Shown here piece after piece: positions 56,100-64,000 of a stretch of DNA of 64,000 bases. Each line of letters begins with the position of its first letter. Position 1 is the stretch's first letter. Source of the DNA: the human T2T-CHM13v2.0 reference genome, Homo sapiens; NCBI RefSeq assembly GCF_009914755.1, contig NC_060947.1; one strand, given 5' to 3'. Both the position numbers and the translations under genes were made by a program. Under the pieces are notes generated by a model. It was not told the origin of the DNA. It was given only the letters and a program-made list of their open reading frames with translations, and made no database searches.

Positions 56100-57614
56100 A
56101 ATTTATGGATTCAATACTATTTCTATCAAACTATCAATGACATTGTTTACAGAACTAGAAAAAAAAACTATTTATAAATTCACATGTAACCAAAAAAGAG
56201 CCCAAATAGCCAAGGCAATCCTAAGCACAAAGAACAAAACTGGAGGCATCATGCTACCTGACTTCAAACTATACTACAAGGCTACACTAGCCAAAACAGC
56301 ATGGTACTGGTACAAAAAACAGACACATAGACCAATGGAACAGAATAGAGAACCCAGAAATAAATCTGCACACCTGCAACCATCTGATCTTCAACAAAGC
56401 TGACAAGAAAAGCAATGGAGAAAGGATTCCTTATTCAATAAATGGTGCTAGGATAACTGGCTAGCCATATGCAGAAGATTGAAACTGGACCCCTTCCTTA
56501 CACCATATACAAAAATTAAGATGGATTAAAGACTTAAATGTAAAACCCAAAACTATAAAAACTTAGAAGAAAACATAGGAAATATGATTCTGGACATAGG
56601 AATGAACAAAGATTTTATGACAAAGATGCCAAAAGCAATTGCAACGAAAGTAAAAATTGACAAATGGGATCTGTTGATAGCTCCTGCACAGCAAAAGGAG
56701 CTATCGACAGAGTAAAGAGACAACCTGCAGAATGGGAGAAAATATTTGCGAACTGTACATCTGACAAAGGTCTAATATCCAGCATCTATAAGGCACTTAA
56801 ACAAATTTACAAGATAAAAATAACCCCATTAAAACGTGGGCAAAAGACATGAACTCTTTTCAAAAGAAGGCAGACATGTGGCCAAGAAGCATATGAACAA
56901 AAGCTCAACATCACTGATCATTACAGAAATGCAAATCAAAACCACAATGAGATATCATCTCATGCCAGTTAGAATGGCTACTATTAAAAAGTAAAAAAAT
57001 AGCAGGTGTTGGTGAGGTTGCAGAGAAAAAGGAAAGCTTATACACTGTTGGTGGTAGTGTAAATTAGTTCAACTGTTGTGGAAAGCAATGTGGCAATTCC
57101 TCAAAGAACTAAAAACAGAAATACTATTTCACCCAGCAATTGCATTACTGAGTATATACCCAAAGGAATATAAATCATTCTACCATAAAGACACATGCAC
57201 GTGTATGTCCATTGCAGCACTATTCACAATAGCAAAGACATGGAATCAACCTAAATGCCATCAATGGTAGACAGGATAAAGAAAACATGGTACATATACA
57301 TCATGGAATATTATGCAGCCATAAAAAGAATGAGATCATGTCCTTTGTAGGAACGTGGTTGGAGCTGGAGGCCAATATCCTTAGCAAATTAACATGGGAA
57401 CAGAAACCAAACACCACATGTTCTCACTTACAAGTGGAAGCTAAATCATGAGAACACATGGACACACAGGTGAGGACTGAAAAACTACCTATCTGGGTGA
57501 TGGAGTAATCTGACACCAAATCCTCTGACATGCAATTTACTTATATAACAAAACTGCCCATGTACTCTTGAACATGAAATAAGAGTTAAAATAAGTAAAT
57601 AAAATAAAAATAAA

Positions 57615-58420
57615 ATGCCTTAGTTATCTATTACTGCATAGTAATTACCAGAAAACATGGTAGCTTAAACCAGCAAATATTTATTATCTCACAGTTTCTG
57701 TGAGTCGGGAATTAAATTTCTTCAAAAATCTTCAATCTTTCACTAACTCACTCCTCAGTGCTCTTCCATGTTGTGCCCACTGCTCAATTCCAAAACCACT
57801 CCCACTTTTTTGCTTTTTGCTATTCCAGTACTCCATTCTCAGTACAAAAATGTGTATTAGTTTTCCATTGATGTTTAACAGATTGTCCCCAGTCTAAGTG
57901 CTTAAAGAAACAAACATATATTATCTTAAAATTTATGTGGCTCAGGAATTTCAGAGCATTTTATTTGATGTTTCTGTCTCAAGGTCACTTGTGAGATTGT
58001 AGCCAATATGGTAGCCAGGACTAGAGTCAACTGGAGATGTGACTAGGGCCAGAAGACTCCCAAGATGGCTAATTCACATGACTGTTGGCAGGAGGCCGAA
58101 GTTCCTTGCTAACTTTTGGCAAAAGGCCACCATTTCTTGCCTGAAGGTTTCTCCATAGGGTTATACTTGAGTGTCATTACACGTAACAGCTGGCTTCTAT
58201 TGAGGAGGCAATCCAAGACACAGATTAAGGAGGATGCCATCAGTGTCTTTTATATCCTAATCTTGGACATCATACAATTTTAATTCTGCCATATTTTATT
58301 TGATAGAAGCCAGTCATTTAGCACTACTCAAACATGGGGGGGTGGGGGGCAGAATTTAGTGTCTGTCTCTTTAAGGGAGGAATACCAAATTATTTGTGAA
58401 TCTATTTTAAAACCACCACA
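57615..58420. mobile_element. MLT1 LTR / internal / LTR fragments
   Basis: Two MLT1 LTR starts (TTATCTCACAGTTTCTGTG at ~57685; TGTATTAGTTTTCC at ~57853) and end TTTTAAAACCACCACA. Confidence 0.65.
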
Positions 58421-58657
58421 TTTAATAAGGGAATATTATGAACAACTTTATACCAATAAATTTGACAGCTTTTATGAAATGAACAAATAACTTGGAAGAC
58501 AGAATTATCAATGATCACTCAAAAAGTAAGAGATAACCAGAATATTCCTATATCTACTAAAAAATTTAACTTGTAGTTTAAAAACTTTCCCACAAAATCA
58601 AAACAAAAACAAAAACTCTAGGCTCAGATAGCTGCTCTACTAATGATTTCTACCAAA

Positions 58658-58964
<307 letters not shown>

Positions 58965-60515
58965 TAAAGGCCAAATAATACTAATTCTACAAAACTCCTA
59001 CAGAAAATTTAAAAAAAAAGGAATACTTTCTAACTCTTTCAATTAGTTGAGAAATATTGTGATACCAAAACCAAAGACATTTTATAAAGATAATATTACA
59101 GAGCAATATCCCTCATGAACATAGATACAAAACTTCTTAACATTTTACAAATTTAATTCAACAATATATAAAAAGGATCAGATGAGAATTATTATCAGAG
59201 TAGATTGGTTTAATATTTTGGTTTCAGAGATTTAAAAAGAAAAAATGTCAATATATATAGAAAAACATTTGAAAAGTTTCAACATCTATTTCTGATTAAA
59301 ACTCTCAGTAAACTAGGAATAAAGGGAAACTGTCTCATACTGATAAAGGACATCTTTAAAAAATGTATAGTCACTATCATACTTATGGTGAATAACTGAA
59401 TTATTTTCCCCTAAGATTAAAAAATGAAGGCAAGAATATCCACTTTCCTTACTTCTATTCGACAGTACATTGTAGGGTCCAGCCAGTGAAATAAAAATTT
59501 TAAAAAGGAAATAAAAGTCACAAAAATTGAAAAATAATAATTAAAACTACCTTTATTATCAGATGATATGATTATTTATGTATAAAATCCTACATTACCA
59601 AATAAAAGGATACTAGAACAAGTGAAATCAGCAAATTGGCAGGATACAAAGTTACACAAAGCTAAGTTTATAAAACTTCTAGAAGAAAATATATGAGAAA
59701 ATATTTGTGAATTGAGTTACATAAAGATTTCTTAAGTATAACAGCCAAGCACAATTTATAGAAGAAAAACTGAATAAACAGGGATTCACCAAAATTAAGA
59801 AATTTTCCTCAAAATACACCATTGAAAGAATGAAAAAGCAAGTCACGCACAAGGAGAAAATATTTGCCAATCACATATTTGATAAAAGATGTGTCCAGAA
59901 TATTTAAAGAACTCACAAGTCACAATAATAAGTAAACAGGCCAATCAAAGAAGACATATGGATGGCAAATAAGCATACAAAAAGATGTTCAACATCATTA
60001 ATCATTAGAGAAATTCAAATTAAAGCCCCAGTGAGATTACACACATGTTAGAATGGCTAAAATTAGAAATCCTGACAGTATCAAGCACTAGCAAGGATGT
60101 GAAGCAAGTGAAACTCTCATATATTCTTCATGGAAATGTAAAATGGGACGTCCACTTTGAAAAATATTTTGGAAGTTTTTTAAAAAGTTCAACATATGCC
60201 CAAAGTCTAACCTAGCCACCCTACTCCTAGATATTTACATAAGAGAAATGAAAACAAAGGAGCTCACAATGACTTGGATGTTTGTAGCAGCAGCTTTATT
60301 TGTAATAGACAAAAATAAAACAACCCAAATGCTCATCAATAGATGAATAGATTAATAAATTGTGTTATATCATACCATGAAATACTGTCTAGTAATACAA
60401 AGGAACCAACTAAAATGGTCATAATCTCAAAATCATCATGCTGAGTGAAAGAAAGCAGACGAATAAAGAGTACATATTGTATGATTCCATTTATTTATGT
60501 ATCCAGAAAATTTTA

Positions 60516-60610
60516 TTAGGTTGGTGCAGAAGTAATCACCATTACTTGCCATTAAAAGTTTACTTTTAATTTTAATGGCAAAAACCTTGATTATTTCTGC
60601 ACCAGCCTAA
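60516..60610. mobile_element. MADE1 (Hsmar1-derived MITE, palindromic)
   Basis: TTAGGTTGGTGCAGAAGTAAT...ATTATTTCTGCACCAGCCTAA flanked by TA dinucleotides. Confidence 0.9.
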
Positions 60611-61496
60611 TAACTAGTCTATAGTGACAGAAAGCACGTTGGTAGTGGTCTAGAGACTGGAGGACTGGAGAAGAGTGGGAATGAGGCATGAATGAGGCAT
60701 TACAAAGGGGCAAGAGAACACTTTTGGTGAGGGTGGATATGTTCTTTATCTTGATTGTGGTGATGGTTTCATGGGTGTATACATATGTCAAAATTTATCA
60801 AATTCTACACTTAAAATGTGTGCTATTTATCTGTTGTATGTCAATCATACCTTCAATAAACTATTTTTAAAATAACAAGATATGTTTGGTAAAATGCTGG
60901 TGTTATCATAGATGCAGAATTTGGAAAAGGCCATCTTAGTGTTGCTGAGAACTGTATTTGATGAACTCACCTCTAAGCCAAGCTGTAACAAGAATAAAAA
61001 TTTGAGGTGAATGAAGAAAGAAGGCATGCTAAGACAGCCTTAGAATTAATATAGAATTATTAATATGTGGGTAGTGGTATCTCTTCGAATTAATGTGTTG
61101 AGGGGCCTACAGCTATGCCCTCACTACCCTCTGTCTACAATAGTGGTCAGTGCTGTCGTTGTGGTTAGAGCAACCTTAGAATATGAGAGTCCTGAAGTAA
61201 GTGCAACAGCATTAAGAGTGCTATGGGCCCAGAATCTGATGAGGCAGGCAGCAGGAATTTCTATGATAGTATGTTATTAGAGGAATCTTTGGCCATGAAT
61301 TCAAATGGGAAGATCCTTTTTCTGAAACAATGCTTTCTGTTTCCATTTTTTGATAATACTATAAAGAATTCCTGCTCATTGTAAAACAAGCAAGGAAAGA
61401 ACATACAACAAAAAGGGATTAACTTTTATGCTCCTAACCCTTGTCCGCAAAGGTAACTACTTTAATAGTTTTACTATGTATGCACATTTTGCCAAC

Positions 61497-61856
61497 TGAT
61501 ATGGTTTGGCTGTGTCCCCACCCAAATCTCATCTTGAATTGTAATAATTACCACCTGTCAAGGGTGGGGCCAGGTGGAGATAATTGAATCATGGGGACAG
61601 TTTTCCCCATACTGTTTTCATGGTAGTAATAAGTCTCACAAGATCTGATGGTTTTATAAATGGGAGTTCCCCTGCACAAGCTCTCTTGCCTGGCCTGCCA
61701 CCATGTAAGATGTGACTTTGCTCCTCCTTTCCCTTCCACCGTGATTGTGAGGCCTCTCCAGACATATGGAACTGTGAGTCAATTAAACCACTTTCCCTCA
61801 TAAATTACCCAGTCTCAGATATGTCTCTATTAGCAGCATGAGAACAGACTAATATA
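61497..61856 (+). mobile_element. THE1-type solo LTR
   Basis: TGATATGGTTTGGCTGTGTCCCCACCCAAATC..GAACAGACTAATATA with 5-bp TSD CCAAC. Confidence 0.92.
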
Positions 61857-62305
61857 CCAACTTTTATTTATTCATCATATATACACACTTATAAATTTCA
61901 CTTTGATTTTTACAATGATGAGATTATAACTATATGCTTTTTTGTGAATTGCTTTATTCGTTAACCAACATATCAAGGACAGCATTTGTACCAACTCAAT
62001 TAGACCTGCCTCATTCTTTGAACTAGATATATTAATTTTATATTATTTATGTACCATAACTTTTTACCCATTTCATTATTGACACAAATTTTGATTGTTT
62101 GAAATTTTTATGCTTACTAGCAGCTCTATGAGTATAATCCTGTTAAATAAATTCCTAAGTACTTCTGTAGATGCATAAAATTTTATTTTGCTCCTATTCC
62201 TAAAGTGCTTTTAGAGAAGTACTTATCACATTTTCTCCAACTTTATTAGTACCTATTTCTCCACAGCTGGATTGTATCTGTCTTTTAACTTTTTCTAACA
62301 TGAAA

Positions 62306-62762
62306 TGTATATTAGCTTGCTAGGGTGACCATAACAAAGTATCACAAACTGAATGGATTAAGCAATGGAAATTTGCTATCTCACAGTTCTAGAGGCTAGA
62401 AGTCTGAGATCAAGGTGTTGGCAGGATTGGTTCCTTCCGAGGAGAATGAGGGAGAATCTATTCCATGCCCCTCCCTACCTCCTGGTGGTTGTTAGCAACC
62501 TTTGGCATTCTTTGGCTTGTTTAAACATCACCCTCAAGTCTGCATTTATCTTCACATGGTGTTTTTCCTGTGTGTGTCTATCTCCAAATTTCCCCCTTTT
62601 TATAAGGGCATCAGTCATATTGGATTAGGGTCCCACCATAATCCAGTATTACCTCATCTTAACGAATTATATCTGCAATTATCCTAATTACAAATAAGGT
62701 TACATTCCAATGTACTGGGGGTTAGAACCTCAACATATGAATTTTGGGGAGGTATTAATACA
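62306..62762 (-). mobile_element. MLT1B/C LTR
   Basis: TGTATATTAGCTTGCTAGGGTGACCATAACAAAGT..GAAGTCTGAGATCAAGGTG. Confidence 0.8.
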
Positions 62763-62814
62763 ATATACATTAGTTATACAATAGGCATAAGATATTTTAT
62801 TATTGTTAAGATAT

Positions 62815-62877
62815 TGTATTAATCAGGGTTCTCCAGAGAAACAGAATTAATTACATGTCTATTTTAGATAGATAGAT

Positions 62878-62924
<47 letters not shown>

Positions 62925-63388
62925 GATAGATAGATAGATAGATTCTGTTTCCATGGAGAAACAGAGAGAGAGAGAGAGAGACAGGTGTTGGCAAGCTGGA
63001 GACCCCAGAGAGCCAATAGTGTATTTTCTTTTCTAGTCGAAAGGCCTGAGAACCAGGAGAGCTAATGGTATAAGTTCCATTGTGAAAGGCAGCAGGCTTG
63101 TGACTATTAAGACCCAATTTTTCAGCTTAACTCCTAAAATAAGAAAAGACCAGATATCGCAGTTCAGGCAGTCAGGCAGGTGAAGTTCCTCTTAGTCTTT
63201 TGTTCTATTCAGGTATTGACTGGATGAGGCACTCTCACATTAGGGAAGGCCATCTCCTTTAAACAGTCTACCGATTTAATGTTAATCTCATCCAGAAATA
63301 CCCTCACGGACACACCCAAATAATCTTTGGCCAAATGTCTGAGCTCTCCATAGCCCAGTGAAGTTGACACATAACATTAACCATCACA
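62815..63388 (-). mobile_element. MLT2 LTR containing (GATA)n at ~62866-62943
   Basis: TGTATTAATCAGGGTTCTCCAGAGAAACAGAA..GTTGACACATAACATTAACCATCACA. Confidence 0.85.
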
Positions 63389-63436
63389 GTGTGCAGCTTA
63401 ACATAAATATAACTGTGCAATTTTGATGTTTATTGA

Positions 63437-63785
<349 letters not shown>

Positions 63786-64000
63786 TCCTTTGCCCATTTT
63801 TCTATTGGAGACTCATTTAAAAGCTCTGTGCTTGATTAATTAAAAGGCCATAAAACAATTAGTAAGCATATTGAGAACAAATACAAGCAACCATAATTCA
63901 AAACGATTTTTATTTTCAAATATCACCTTCCAGTGATTTTTCATTATGAAAGCTCATTGTTGCATGATAGCAGCTGTAATATATAATTTTGTATTATGGT

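Overview
This is primate, most likely human, genomic DNA. It is gene-poor and dominated by transposable elements: Alu J/S/Y, L1 of several ages, MIR/L2, MaLR and ERV1 LTRs, and hAT/Mariner fossils. I find no supportable host protein-coding gene or RNA gene; the ORF-track hits I can recognise derive from L1, Alu, ERV or simple repeats. The largest element is a ~7.7-kb two-LTR ERV1 provirus (17853-25600) with decayed gag-pro-pol. Its internally deleted env has N- and C-terminal remnants that resemble HEMO (ERVMER34-1). Three unusual rearrangement scars are visible. (1) A ~400-bp segment from 39.8-40.2 kb was copied into an AluSp at 7.36 kb, 32.4 kb away. (2) A 262-bp, ~98.5%-identical inverted copy of an LTR10 promoter region forms a head-to-head pair at 15.3-16.7 kb. 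(3) A young L1 3' end carries a ~350-bp 3' transduction with its own AATAAA (3.97-4.62 kb). I see no convincing new biological system. Repeat subfamily names and the HEMO alignment come from recalled consensus sequences and need confirmation with RepeatMasker/Dfam/BLAST.
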